Of a stretch of DNA of 64,000 nucleotides, positions 51,629 through 61,346 are shown piece after piece. The notes under the pieces are model-generated. The model was not told where the DNA came from, searched no databases, and saw only the letters and a list, made by a program, of their open reading frames with translations. How positions within the stretch are numbered: the first letter of the stretch is position 1; each line of letters starts with the position of its first letter. Source of the stretch: Actinomycetes bacterium (lineage in GTDB: Bacteria; Actinomycetota; Acidimicrobiia; Acidimicrobiales; JAJYXR01). The position numbers and the translations under genes are program-made. The stretch lies in the NCBI GenBank assembly GCA_021801795.1, contig JAJYXR010000026.1, forward strand, positions 5,051 to 69,050. The letters are read 5' to 3'.

Positions 51629-52792
51629 ATGGGGAAGATGGGACATAACTACCGGCTCATATCGGCCGACGGGCATGTGGTGGAGCCACCGGACATGTGG
51701 ACGCGCTACCTGCCGCGGGAGTACCACGACAGGGCGCCACGTCTGGTGAAGGACCCGAAGGGTGGCGACGCATGGGAGCTGGCCCCCGGCGCGCCCCCCA
51801 TGCCGATAGGTCTGGTGACCAACAGCGGCCCTTACGGCAAGCGTTACGAGGAGCTCGAATGGTACGGGTCTACATACGACTCGATCCGCAAGGGCGCCTT
51901 CTCGGGCAAGGAGCGTCTGGAGGAGCAGGAGTTCGACGGGGTGGACGCCGAGGTCCTCTTTCCCTCCCAACGCACCATGGCCGCCTTCATGGCCCAGGAG
52001 GACGACGGCTACCACCTGGCGGGGCTCCATGCCTATAACAGCTGGATGCGCGAGGAGTTCATGGCGGCGGACCCGGACCGGCTGATCGGCCTTGCCCAGA
52101 TGCCCGGTGTCGACGTGGCTACCGCGATCAGCTGGCTGCGCGATGCGAAGGCCGAGGGCTTCAGGGGCGTGATCATCTCCGCGTATCCCTCTGGAGGCTC
52201 GAGGCTCTCCGCCGATGACGACCCCTTCTTCGAGGCCGCGGAGGCCGAGGGGATGCCCGTCCACATTCACAGCGGGCTGCGCCAGGCCGGTAAGAGGAAG
52301 AAGGCGGGGTCTGGCCAGCGGGCCGCCGCCGACGCGGGCAAGCCACCGGGCCTGGCGGAGATGGGCGGCGCTGTCGGGGACGCGTCGGGTTTCATGTCGT
52401 CCTTCATCTACTCCGGCCTCTTCGACCGCTTCCCCGATCTGCAGATGGTGGCAGTGGAATGCGGCGCGGGGTGGATTCCCCACTTTCTCGAGCACATGGA
52501 CGACCACTACTGGAGGAACCGGACCTGGGTCGGCTCTACGCTGAAGCTGCTGCCGAGCGAGTACTTCCGGCGGAACTGGAAGGCGACCTTCGTGCGCGAG
52601 CCGTTCGCCATAGCAGTACGGCACTGGATCGGTGTGAATAACCTCATGTGGTCCACCGACTACCCCCACCATCGCCACGACTGGCCTTACAGCAGGCGTG
52701 TGCTGGAGGAGTCCATGGGGGGCGTGCCGGAGGCCGAGAGGGTTCAGATGGTCTGCGAGAACGCACGCGGGCTCTACAGGCTCCCCGGATAG
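51629..52792 (+). CDS. Amidohydrolase-2 family protein (paralogue of 41729-43021)
   Basis: LISADGHVVEPPDMW at the N-terminus and WSTDYPHH near the C-terminus. The ATG at 51629 follows GAGGGAG. Confidence 0.85.
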   Translation: MGKMGHNYRLISADGHVVEPPDMWTRYLPREYHDRAPRLVKDPKGGDAWELAPGAPPMPIGLVTNSGPYGKRYEELEWYGSTYDSIRKGAFSGKERLEEQEFDGVDAEVLFPSQRTMAAFMAQEDDGYHLAGLHAYNSWMREEFMAADPDRLIGLAQMPGVDVATAISWLRDAKAEGFRGVIISAYPSGGSRLSADDDPFFEAAEAEGMPVHIHSGLRQAGKRKKAGSGQRAAADAGKPPGLAEMGGAVGDASGFMSSFIYSGLFDRFPDLQMVAVECGAGWIPHFLEHMDDHYWRNRTWVGSTLKLLPSEYFRRNWKATFVREPFAIAVRHWIGVNNLMWSTDYPHHRHDWPYSRRVLEESMGGVPEAERVQMVCENARGLYRLPG

Positions 52793-52810
52793 CCCCGTCG
52801 CCTGTGGAAC

Positions 52811-52866
52811 CCGAAGACCTCGTGAAGCCCCGAAGACCTCGTGAAGCCCCGAAGACCTCGTGAAGC
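52811..52866. repeat. 19-bp tandem repeat x3 (CCGAAGACCTCGTGAAGCC) between the amidohydrolase and SDR genes
   Basis: Copies at 52811-52829, 52830-52848 and 52849-52866. Each copy carries GTGA. Confidence 0.9.
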
Positions 52867-52882
52867 AAGGATCCGAGCCGAT

Positions 52883-53749
52883 ATGAGCGCCAAGAGCCCT
52901 ACAGGAGCCGGCGCGCCGGGAGACCTATGGGGGTATGACTCGAGGCGCGTCCTCGTAAGTGGCGGCGGAGGTGCTGGGATGGGAGCTGCCGCCGTGCGCG
53001 ACCTGGTGGCGCTCGGAGCGGAAGTCCACGTCTTCGATCTGAAGGAGCCACCTCCCGGTGCTGCCAGCTTTACCCGCGTCGACCTGCGGGAGCCGGATGA
53101 GATAAGCGAGGCTGTCGAGGGTGTCGGTGGCCGGTTCGACGCCCTCTTCAACTGCGCGGGCCTGCCGGGTGCGCCCTTCAGTGGTCTCGAGGTGATGCTG
53201 GTGAACTTCGTGGCTGCCAGGCACCTGACGGGCCTGGTGGCAGAGCGGATGGATGCAGGTGGGGGCGTGGTCACGGTCTCCTCGGCCGGTGCATTCGGCT
53301 GGGAGAGCGCCGCGGCAGCTATCGAAGGGCTGCTGGCCACCGACAGCTACGGTTCGGCCAGAGCGTGGTGCGAGTCCCATCCCGAGCTCGTAGGCGAGGG
53401 CTACCTGCTGTCGAAGCAGGCGATCATCGCCTGGACGATGCACGCGGCCCTGGACCTGGCCCCGCGGGGAATCAGGGTGAACTGCACCAGTCCGGGACCG
53501 ACCGACACCCCGATGATGCCTTCTTTCGAGGCCTACATGGGAAAGGACTTCATGGACCGGTTCCCCAAGCCCATAGGGCGGAACTCGACTCCCGATGAGC
53601 AGGCTCATGCCCTCGTCTTCCTGAACTCACCAGCCGCGTCCTACCTGACTGGTGTGAACCTGTACGTGGACGGTGGCTTCTCGGCCGGCATGACCACGGG
53701 TCGTCTCGACTTCTCGGTGCTCCAGGGCGAGATAGCCGAAGGGGACTGA
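52883..53749 (+). CDS. Short-chain dehydrogenase/reductase (SDR)
   Basis: VLVSGGGGAGMG cofactor loop and a YLLSKQA (YxxxK) catalytic motif. I chose the ATG at 52883. The track start at 52841 is a GTG inside the 19-bp repeat. Confidence 0.85.
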   Translation: MSAKSPTGAGAPGDLWGYDSRRVLVSGGGGAGMGAAAVRDLVALGAEVHVFDLKEPPPGAASFTRVDLREPDEISEAVEGVGGRFDALFNCAGLPGAPFSGLEVMLVNFVAARHLTGLVAERMDAGGGVVTVSSAGAFGWESAAAAIEGLLATDSYGSARAWCESHPELVGEGYLLSKQAIIAWTMHAALDLAPRGIRVNCTSPGPTDTPMMPSFEAYMGKDFMDRFPKPIGRNSTPDEQAHALVFLNSPAASYLTGVNLYVDGGFSAGMTTGRLDFSVLQGEIAEGD

Positions 53750-53753
53750 GCCG

Positions 53754-56063
53754 ATGGTCGCCCCACGCGCCGCCATGGAGCCGGCTCCGAAGCGGCTCGA
53801 TCTCGAAAGGTTCTTCCATCCCGAAGCAGTGGCGCTGGTCGGTTCGGTGAACCGGAAGGCAGATCCCGCGAACCTGGCCCGCTACTACGACAGTCGCTGG
53901 GGCGAGGGGCGCTGGTACCTGGTGAACGTCCACGGCGGCTCCGTGGGCGACATCCCCATCTACGAGCACGTCACCTCGGTGCCGGTGCCCCTGACCCTCG
54001 CTGTGGTGAACGTGGGGACCAAGCTGGTGGCAGGGGTCATGGAGGAGTGCGGCGTCGGCGGGGTTCCCTTCGTGCTCGTCTTCAGCGCGGGCTTCAGCGA
54101 GGTGGGACCCGAAGGTGCGGCCCTGGAGCGTGAGGTCGGCCAGATCGCGAAGCGTTACGGGATAAGGGTTTTCGGACCGAACACGAACACGAACGCCTTC
54201 GAACGTCTTGCCCAGCCATCGCGGGTCCGCGGTGGCAGGATCGGGCTGGTGACCCAGAGCGGCCATCAGGGACGTCCGATCGTCCAGGGGACCGAGTTCG
54301 GCGTAGCCTTCAGCCGCTGGGTCCCTACCGGCAACGAGCTGGACCTGGAGGCCGCCGACTTCATCGAGTACTTTGCCGGCGACGACGAGACATCGGTGGT
54401 GGCTGCCTACCTGGAGGGGTTCCGGGACCCGGCGAAGCTCCGCCGTGCACTGGAGGCGGCGAACGCGGCCGCGAAGCCCATCGTGGTCCTGAAGATCGGT
54501 TCCACCGCGGCAGGCAGCCGGATGGCTGCCTCGCACACCGGGCACCTGGCTGGCTCCGACGCGGTGGTGGACGGTCTCTTTGCCCAGCACGCGGTGGTGC
54601 GCGTGCGGGATCTCGACGAGCTGCTGGAGACCTCCGCGCTCTTCGCGAAGCTCCCGCGTCCGACTGGTCCGAACTGCGCGCTCTACTCCATATCGGGAGG
54701 ATCGGGTGCCCTGATGGCTGAGGTAGCAGAGTCCCATGGGGTGCCGGTCCCTGTCCTTTCGGAGAAGACCCGCAAGGCCCTCCACGACGTGGTCCCCGAG
54801 TACCTCACCGTCTCCAACCCGGTGGACAACGGTGCGGAGTTCCTGGTGCGGGCGCCAGTGGAGGCGCGCCGGAGGGTGTTCGAGCTCATCTGCGGCGACC
54901 CGACGGTGGATCTCGTGGTGGTGGGCCTCACCGGGGCGCTAGGACGCCTCACCGACCGGTTCGCCGAGGACATAGTCGCCTTTGCCGACGACCTGGCCAA
55001 GCCGGTGGTGGTCACCTGGAACTCCTTCAAGACCGACCAGGAGGGCTTCCGCCGGCTGGCCGACTCGGGGCTGCCGATGTTCCGCTCCTTCCGTAACTGC
55101 TTCGCAGCCATAGCTGCCTTCTCCCGCTACCAGGCAGCCTCGAAGAGCTTCAGGCACAGGAAGCCTTTCCCGGTCCGCGTCCCCTCCGAGGCCCGCATGG
55201 TGCTGGCCAGGCTCGATCCGAGAATGGCGGGCGACGACGGGCCGGTGCTCGCCGATCCGGGCAAGCTAGCCCTGCCGGGCCAGCCAGCCGATCCGGGCAA
55301 GCCAGCCCTGCCGGGCCAGCCAGCCGATCCGGGCAAGCCAGCCCTGCCGGGTGGGCCAGGCGGGCGGGTGGTGCTCGACGAGGCCTCCGCTGCTGGCCTG
55401 CTCGCGTCCTTTGGTATCCCGCTGGCCGACCAGGCTGTGGCGGCTACCGCTAGCGAGGCAGCGCGCGTGGCCGGTCAGATCGGCTTCCCTGTGGTCATGA
55501 AGATCGCGTCCGTGGACTTTCCCCACAAGTCCGATGCCGGGCTGGTGCGCCTCGGGGTCTCTTCTTCATCCGAGGCAAGGCGGGTGTTCGCGGAGATCAT
55601 GGCCGGGGCGAAGCAGGCCAACCGGCATGCCAGGATCGACGGGGTCACCGTCCAGCGTGAGGTGAGGGACTCTACGGAGATGATCGTGGGGGTTACGAGG
55701 GATCCGGTCCTCGGTCCCGCGGTGATGGTCGGCACCGGGGGGGTCTTCGCGGAGGTGATGGCAGACGTGGCCGTGCGCCCGCTCCCCCTGGACCGGCTGG
55801 ACGCAGAGGAGATGCTGGCCTCCCTACGAGGCGCGGCACTGCTCCATGGTGCCCGCGGGCGTCCGAAGGCCGACGTGAAGGCCCTGGTGGAGGTGGTCGT
55901 GTCGGTAGCCCGTATGGCCTCGGCCTGCTCGGCCAGCCTGCTGGAGCTCGACCTGAACCCCCTGGCGGTCCTGGCGAAGGGAAAGGGAGCGGTGGCTCTC
56001 GACGCGCTGGTGGTGATGTCCTCCACGACCTTGTCGAAGGAGCACCGATGGACCTGGAGCTGA
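53754..56063 (+). CDS. ADP-forming acyl-CoA synthetase (acetate-CoA ligase [ADP-forming] family; CoA-binding, ligase and ATP-grasp domains fused)
   Basis: N-terminal CoA-binding region (FFHPEAVALVGS), a succinyl-CoA-synthetase-like middle with SHTGHLAG (phosphohistidine loop) and a C-terminal ATP-grasp (GFPVVMKI). 769 aa. Confidence 0.85.
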   Translation: MVAPRAAMEPAPKRLDLERFFHPEAVALVGSVNRKADPANLARYYDSRWGEGRWYLVNVHGGSVGDIPIYEHVTSVPVPLTLAVVNVGTKLVAGVMEECGVGGVPFVLVFSAGFSEVGPEGAALEREVGQIAKRYGIRVFGPNTNTNAFERLAQPSRVRGGRIGLVTQSGHQGRPIVQGTEFGVAFSRWVPTGNELDLEAADFIEYFAGDDETSVVAAYLEGFRDPAKLRRALEAANAAAKPIVVLKIGSTAAGSRMAASHTGHLAGSDAVVDGLFAQHAVVRVRDLDELLETSALFAKLPRPTGPNCALYSISGGSGALMAEVAESHGVPVPVLSEKTRKALHDVVPEYLTVSNPVDNGAEFLVRAPVEARRRVFELICGDPTVDLVVVGLTGALGRLTDRFAEDIVAFADDLAKPVVVTWNSFKTDQEGFRRLADSGLPMFRSFRNCFAAIAAFSRYQAASKSFRHRKPFPVRVPSEARMVLARLDPRMAGDDGPVLADPGKLALPGQPADPGKPALPGQPADPGKPALPGGPGGRVVLDEASAAGLLASFGIPLADQAVAATASEAARVAGQIGFPVVMKIASVDFPHKSDAGLVRLGVSSSSEARRVFAEIMAGAKQANRHARIDGVTVQREVRDSTEMIVGVTRDPVLGPAVMVGTGGVFAEVMADVAVRPLPLDRLDAEEMLASLRGAALLHGARGRPKADVKALVEVVVSVARMASACSASLLELDLNPLAVLAKGKGAVALDALVVMSSTTLSKEHRWTWS
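55251..55355. repeat. 36-bp in-frame tandem repeat, about 2.9 copies, in the inter-domain linker of the ADP-forming synthetase
   Basis: Copies start at 55251, 55287 and 55323. It encodes ADPGKLALPGQP, ADPGKPALPGQP and ADPGKPALPGGP. Confidence 0.9.
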
Positions 56064-57208
56064 CTGACGAGCAGCATGACCTCCAGGCAGCAGTGGCGTC
56101 GGTGCTGGCCGCTCGCTGCCCGGTGTCCCTCGCTCGTCATGTGGTCGAGCAGGATCCCGAGTCACCCGCGGAGCTGGCGGGCTTCGCGCGCACGACCCGG
56201 GAGCTCGACTGGCAGCGGCTGAATATCCCGGTGGATCACGGTGGTCTGGGTCTGGGCCTGGTGGAGGTGGTGGTGCTGGCCGAGCAGATGGGCCGGGTGA
56301 TCGCGCCAGGACCGCTACTCGCGACCGTCTCCCAGTTCGTGCCGATGCTGACCGAGCTGGGAAGCTATGAGCAATGCAAGCGGTTTCTGGCCCCGGTGGC
56401 TGCAGGTGATCTCTCGGGGACCCTCGCGCTGGCCGAGCGGCCGGGTGGCTTCGGCCTCCAGGCTCTGGGCGCTGGTGCGGTGGAGAGCGGGGGCGCCTGG
56501 ACGCTCTCGGGCACGAAGAGTTTCGTGATGGAGGCAGGCCGGGCAGAGGAGATGGTGGTGGTGGCCCGGCTGGCCGGCAGCCGGGCAGGTGAAGGCCTTG
56601 CCGCGTTCGTCGTGCCTGTGGCGGCAGAGCGAGTCGTGCCGATGGCGGTCATCGACGAGTCGAGGCAGCTTGCCAGGGTGGATCTCGACGGAATGCGGGT
56701 GGAGCCCGATCGAGCGCTGGGTGTCCCTGGAGAATGCTCAGCGGGCCTGGTCCGTGCCCTGCAGCAGTCCACGGTGGCGCTCTGTGCCGAGGCCGTCGGG
56801 ACCTGTCAGACGGTGCTCGATACCGTCATCGCCCATGTGAGCACCCGGGAGCAGTTCGGGGTGAAGATCGGGTCGTTCCAGGCCCTGAAGCACAAGGCGG
56901 CCGATATGTACCTGGCCCTGGAATCGGCCCGCGCCACCACCTACTTCGCGGCCGCGGCCATCGCAGAGGACGACCCCCGGCGCGAGATCGCCACCTCGGT
57001 CGCCAAGGCGTCTGTGGGCGACTGCGTGAGGCTGGTCGCCGAGGAGGGCATCCAATGCCTGGGGGGCATCGCGTACACCTGGGAGCACGACATGCATCTG
57101 CTGGTGAAGAGGGCGAAGACCGCGTCGATGCTGTTCGGCACCACAGCAGAGCACCACCGGCGCATAGCAGGCCTGATCGGCCTCGGAGGCGGCCAGCGGG
57201 AGCGCTAG
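56048..57208 (+). CDS. Acyl-CoA dehydrogenase
   Basis: ACAD fold motifs throughout (N-terminal LTDEQ, C-terminal GGIAYTWEHDMHL). It overlaps the upstream gene by 16 nt. Confidence 0.9.
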   Translation: MDLELTDEQHDLQAAVASVLAARCPVSLARHVVEQDPESPAELAGFARTTRELDWQRLNIPVDHGGLGLGLVEVVVLAEQMGRVIAPGPLLATVSQFVPMLTELGSYEQCKRFLAPVAAGDLSGTLALAERPGGFGLQALGAGAVESGGAWTLSGTKSFVMEAGRAEEMVVVARLAGSRAGEGLAAFVVPVAAERVVPMAVIDESRQLARVDLDGMRVEPDRALGVPGECSAGLVRALQQSTVALCAEAVGTCQTVLDTVIAHVSTREQFGVKIGSFQALKHKAADMYLALESARATTYFAAAAIAEDDPRREIATSVAKASVGDCVRLVAEEGIQCLGGIAYTWEHDMHLLVKRAKTASMLFGTTAEHHRRIAGLIGLGGGQRER

Positions 57209-58752
57209 CCGGTCCCTGGGTACCCCCCGCCACCGAAGCGCTCGTCGAGAGCGTCGTAGTCCAGAGCGAATCCCTGCCTGGGCAGCGAGTCGACCAGTTC
57301 CACGGACTTAGGCTTCTTGTAGGAGGCGATCCGCTGGCGGCAGTGCTCTATGAGCTCGGCTTCGTCGGCAGCCTCACCTGGCTTCAGGACGACTATGGCC
57401 TTCACGTTCTGTCCCCAGGTCCTGTCGGGCACGCCGATCACGGCTGCATCGGCTACGGCGGGATGGGTCTTCAGGCATGCCTCGACCTCCGCCGGGTAGA
57501 TGTTCTCTGCCGCGGACTTCACGATCCGGGTAAGCGGGGCGATGAAGGTGAGCGACCCGTCGTCCTCGATCCGTCCTAGGTCGCCGGTGTGGTGCCATCC
57601 TCCGCGCCGGCGCTCTGCGTTCAGCTCGGGCCGGTCGTGGTATCCGTTCATCACGGTCGGCCCCTTTATGACTATCTCCCCGGTCTCCCCCGGGGGGACA
57701 TCCTCGCCAGAAGGTCCGAGCACGGCCACCTGGATGAATGCAGGCGGCCGCCCATGCGTACCCTTGCACGGCCCCAGCGCGCCGAAGGTGGCGAGACCCA
57801 TGACCTCGGTCTGACCGTAGCCACCGGGGTGGCGACCCCAGGGACTGTCGTCCACGGTGATCATGGCCGTCCAGGCCGGCTTTCCCGCGAAGGTCCTGAG
57901 GGAGCTGAGGTCGTAGCGACCGCCGGCGTTCGCCTCTACCATCTGGTCCATGGTCGGGCCCATGACGAAGGCCCCGGTGCAGCGTTCCTCCGACACCAGG
58001 CGGCAGAGCTCCTCGGCGTCCACACGGGGAGTGAAGACGTTCTTCCCGCCCATCACGAAGGTCGCGAGGGTGGTCATGAGGGTGGCCACGTGGAACAGCG
58101 GCCCGCAGTTCAGGTAGGCGTAGCCGGCATCGATTCCCTGGAGCTGGGCCACCAGCGCCCCCTGGGTCACCAGCGCACGGTGTGCCAGCAGGGCGCCGTT
58201 CGGCGTTCCGCTGAAGGCCGCGGTGTAGATCATGAGCACCGGCTCTGCGTCGGATACCTCGACGGGCACAGGGTCTCCGCCGGATCCTTCCAGGAGAGCC
58301 TCGTAGCCTTCGGCGCCTGGATCGTCGTGGCAGAGCCACCTGGTGTCGCGCACAGCTTCAGGAGCTTCCTTCTCTGCCAGGGATCTTGCTTCTCGGACCG
58401 TGGAGCCGATCTCGGAGAGCTGCCAGACGACGACCCCCGGGCTGGCGTCTCCGAGCACGAAGGCCAGCTCCTCTGCGCTCTGGCGCCAGTTCACCGGGCA
58501 GAGGACTGCCCCGAGACGCCCGCACGCGAGTAGGCATTCGAGCAGCCGGTGGCAGTTCTGGGCCAACCAGAGCACCCGGTCGCCCCTGGTGACGCCGAGG
58601 GACTCCAGCAGGACCGCGAGCCGATCCACACGGGCGGCCAGGGTCGCGTAGTCGATCCGATCCGATCCACATACTGCCGCCGGAGACCCCGGCCTGGTGC
58701 GCCGGTGGCCCGCCAGGAGGTCACCCATGGTGAGCTCTCTCGGGGTGCTCAC
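57205..58752 (-). CDS. AMP-forming acyl-CoA synthetase (adenylate-forming superfamily)
   Basis: YTAAFSGTPNGA (degenerate motif I), GEIVIKGP, GDLGRIEDDGSL and the final Lys region. The GTG overlaps the stop of the upstream PaaK-like gene (GTGA). Confidence 0.88.
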   Translation of the reverse strand: MSTPRELTMGDLLAGHRRTRPGSPAAVCGSDRIDYATLAARVDRLAVLLESLGVTRGDRVLWLAQNCHRLLECLLACGRLGAVLCPVNWRQSAEELAFVLGDASPGVVVWQLSEIGSTVREARSLAEKEAPEAVRDTRWLCHDDPGAEGYEALLEGSGGDPVPVEVSDAEPVLMIYTAAFSGTPNGALLAHRALVTQGALVAQLQGIDAGYAYLNCGPLFHVATLMTTLATFVMGGKNVFTPRVDAEELCRLVSEERCTGAFVMGPTMDQMVEANAGGRYDLSSLRTFAGKPAWTAMITVDDSPWGRHPGGYGQTEVMGLATFGALGPCKGTHGRPPAFIQVAVLGPSGEDVPPGETGEIVIKGPTVMNGYHDRPELNAERRRGGWHHTGDLGRIEDDGSLTFIAPLTRIVKSAAENIYPAEVEACLKTHPAVADAAVIGVPDRTWGQNVKAIVVLKPGEAADEAELIEHCRQRIASYKKPKSVELVDSLPRQGFALDYDALDERFGGGGYPGTG

Positions 58753-60086
58753 TGGTCGACCACCCGGGAGGACTTGTAGCCGGACCTGGGGATGCTTCCC
58801 CGGTCGAGCAGCTCTATGGTCGTCGTGATGGAAAGAGCCTCCCTGATCGCAGCCGCGCAGCGCGAGGCGATGTCCTCGTCGTGCAGCCGGTCCGCGCCAG
58901 AGCCCTCGGAGCGCTCGACGCGCACGACGAGCGGTTCACCTGCCTGGTCTGGGCGGGGGCGTACCAGCTGCCATTCGAGGGTCGGCTCGCTCACCCCCCC
59001 CACCTGCCTCAGGGCAGTCTCCAGCTCAGATGGCTGGAACCTCTTCCCCTGGACCGCTACGAGGTCCTTGAAGCGGCCCCCCCAGAGCGCCCGGATGCTG
59101 GTCTCGCCGCATTCGCAGGGGCCGCGCAGCACCGCGCAGGCCTCCTCCAGGTCGTAGCGCAGGAGGCCGTTGTCCCGGTCGAGGGTGGTGACCACCAGGT
59201 TCCCCCACTCCCCCTCGGGGACCTCCCTCCCGGTCTCGGGGTCGACTGCCTGCACGATCGCCCAGTCCTCGCAGAGGTGGGCACCGGGCGACTGGCCGCA
59301 GGGGCCGCCTACGTAGGCATAGCACTCGGCGCCCGCGGTCATGAGAGGCATTCCCTTCCCCAGGCCGAAGCCGGGCAGCCCCTTGAACTCCAGGCCCGCG
59401 TCGAGAGGATCGATGCCGAGCTTCGCCGCGACCTCGAAGAAACGACCGGTGGAGAACCCCATGAAGGGGATGTCGGGCTTCACCTTGGTCCAGAAGCGCA
59501 GTCCCTGCTCCGCGAGCTCGTCGGTGTCGGGAGGGGGCACCCATATGTTCAGGAAACCGAAATACTCGTAGGCTCCCGAGAGCATCGCACCGCCCCCGTA
59601 GAGGTAGGCAGGGTGAGCGTGGGTGACGATCATGCCGGGACGGTGCCCGAAGCGCCACCAGGTCCGGGCCGCCGACTCGTACTCGATCCAGAGGTCCCGG
59701 CGGGTCCAGATGCTTATGGTGGGGTCCCCGGTGGTCCCGGTGGAGGTGCCGAGACGCACCGCCTGCCGGGGGCTCGTGAAGCGGTAGTCGCCCCATGGGG
59801 GGAGCTCCGCCTCGGAGTCCCGCAGGTCCTGCTTGACCGTGAGGGGAATCCTGTGGAGGTCGGCTATGCCTCCGAAGTCCTCAGGTGACTCGATCCCTGC
59901 ACTTCGCAGCTTTCGCCCGAACAGCGGCACCGGGGTCCCCAGAGCTCGGGCCACCAGCTCCTTCAGGCGGCGATCCTGCAGCCCGTGGAGCTGCTCGGGG
60001 TCCATGGTCTGGACAGCGGGATCCCAGTATGCCTGGGAGTGGTCTCGGGGCGTGGGCCCCAGTACCTCGGGTCCGTCCAGTGGCAT
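58749..60086 (-). CDS. Phenylacetate-CoA ligase (PaaK)-like / F390-synthetase family adenylating enzyme
   Basis: The N-terminal pattern (MDPEQLHGLQDRRLKELV...), LHRIPLTVKQDLRD and STGTTGDPT are typical of PaaK-like ligases. Confidence 0.8.
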   Translation of the reverse strand: MPLDGPEVLGPTPRDHSQAYWDPAVQTMDPEQLHGLQDRRLKELVARALGTPVPLFGRKLRSAGIESPEDFGGIADLHRIPLTVKQDLRDSEAELPPWGDYRFTSPRQAVRLGTSTGTTGDPTISIWTRRDLWIEYESAARTWWRFGHRPGMIVTHAHPAYLYGGGAMLSGAYEYFGFLNIWVPPPDTDELAEQGLRFWTKVKPDIPFMGFSTGRFFEVAAKLGIDPLDAGLEFKGLPGFGLGKGMPLMTAGAECYAYVGGPCGQSPGAHLCEDWAIVQAVDPETGREVPEGEWGNLVVTTLDRDNGLLRYDLEEACAVLRGPCECGETSIRALWGGRFKDLVAVQGKRFQPSELETALRQVGGVSEPTLEWQLVRPRPDQAGEPLVVRVERSEGSGADRLHDEDIASRCAAAIREALSITTTIELLDRGSIPRSGYKSSRVVDQ

Positions 60087-60122
60087 CTCTCACCTCCGTT
60101 GGTCGGTGTGGCTCGCGGTGGC

Positions 60123-61325
60123 TCAGCGCCTCGGAAGGCCGAGCACCCTTTCGGCGATTATGTTCCGCTGGATCTCCGAGGTTCCCCCTGCGATGGTGCC
60201 GGCGAAGGACTGCAGGTAGTGGACGATCCAGGCATCCTCCTCGCGGCTGCCGAACGAGGGTGCCAGGTGGAGGCTCACGTCTGTGCCCGCGGGTCCCAGT
60301 GCCTCGGCTACGTCGCGGGTGATCCTGCGGCGCAGCTCGGAGCCCATCAGCTTGAGCACGGAGTGCTCCGGTGCCTCCAGGCCCTTCACGGACTTCGAGA
60401 AACCTCGGTACCCGAGGAGCTTCAGCGCCTGGGCGCGTACGTAGGCATCTGCGATCATGTCGGCTACCAGGGGGTCCTTCCCGATCTCCGGCACCCCCTC
60501 GGGGGGGTGCGCGGCAACCGCTACGACCCTGTCCAGAAGTGTCTCGATCCCGGCCGCCTCCCGGATCCAGAGCATCCCCCGCTCGTGGGCAAGGGACCCG
60601 CCCGCGATCGACCAGCCCCGGTTCAGCTCCCCGAGAAGGTTCTCCGCGGGTACCTCCACGTCGGTGAAGAAGACCTCGTTGAAATCCGCGTGGAAGCGGT
60701 CTGTGAGCTCCGGAAGTGGCCTCGTCTCGATCCCCTCGGAGCGCATGTCGACTATCAGCACGCTTATGCCCTGGTGCTTCGGGGCTTCGGGGTCGGTGCG
60801 CACGAAGCAGAGGCACCAGTCCGCGTGGTGGGCGCCCGAGGTCCAGACCTTCTGCCCGTTCACCACGAACCTGTCGCCCTGCAGGTCGGCCCGGGTCCGC
60901 AGTCCGGCCAGGTCGCTCCCGGCCCCCGGCTCGCTCATACCGATGCACCAGGAGATCTCGGCCTTCAGGGTCGCGAGCGCGAACCTCTCCTTCTGAGCCG
61001 GGTTCCCCCAGTCGAGTATCGAGGGGGTGACGATGGAGAGGCCCTGGGGGTTAGTGGTCCTAGGCACCTCCAGGCGCGCCAGCTCCTCGAAGTAGACCAT
61101 CTGCTGGAGGGCACTGGCGTTACGCCCGCCCAGCTCTGGTGGCCAGCCCGGTACCAGCCATCCGTTGTCGAAGAGCAGCCGCTGCCAGCTACGTGCCCAT
61201 TCGGGGATGTAGGCAGACGAGAGCACCGGCTCGGAGCGATCCTCCATCGGGGGCAGGTTCGATCCGAGCCAGCCTCTGAGCTCGGATCTGAAGGCCTCTG
61301 TCTCCTCGTCGTAGTGCAGCTGCAC
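60123..61325 (-). CDS. Acyl-CoA dehydrogenase
   Basis: ACAD motifs (GMSEPGAGSDLAGL, GGTSEIQRNIIAERVLGLP). GTG start at 61325. Confidence 0.9.
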   Translation of the reverse strand: MQLHYDEETEAFRSELRGWLGSNLPPMEDRSEPVLSSAYIPEWARSWQRLLFDNGWLVPGWPPELGGRNASALQQMVYFEELARLEVPRTTNPQGLSIVTPSILDWGNPAQKERFALATLKAEISWCIGMSEPGAGSDLAGLRTRADLQGDRFVVNGQKVWTSGAHHADWCLCFVRTDPEAPKHQGISVLIVDMRSEGIETRPLPELTDRFHADFNEVFFTDVEVPAENLLGELNRGWSIAGGSLAHERGMLWIREAAGIETLLDRVVAVAAHPPEGVPEIGKDPLVADMIADAYVRAQALKLLGYRGFSKSVKGLEAPEHSVLKLMGSELRRRITRDVAEALGPAGTDVSLHLAPSFGSREEDAWIVHYLQSFAGTIAGGTSEIQRNIIAERVLGLPRR

Positions 61326-61346
61326 GCCTAGATCGTAGCCTCTGGG

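Noticed and set aside
57205-57208. Convergent ACAD and AMP-ligase genes sharing a palindromic CTAG that provides the TAG stop on both strands
   Set aside because: The overlap is real but trivial and common in compact high-GC genomes. It has no functional implication beyond tight packing.
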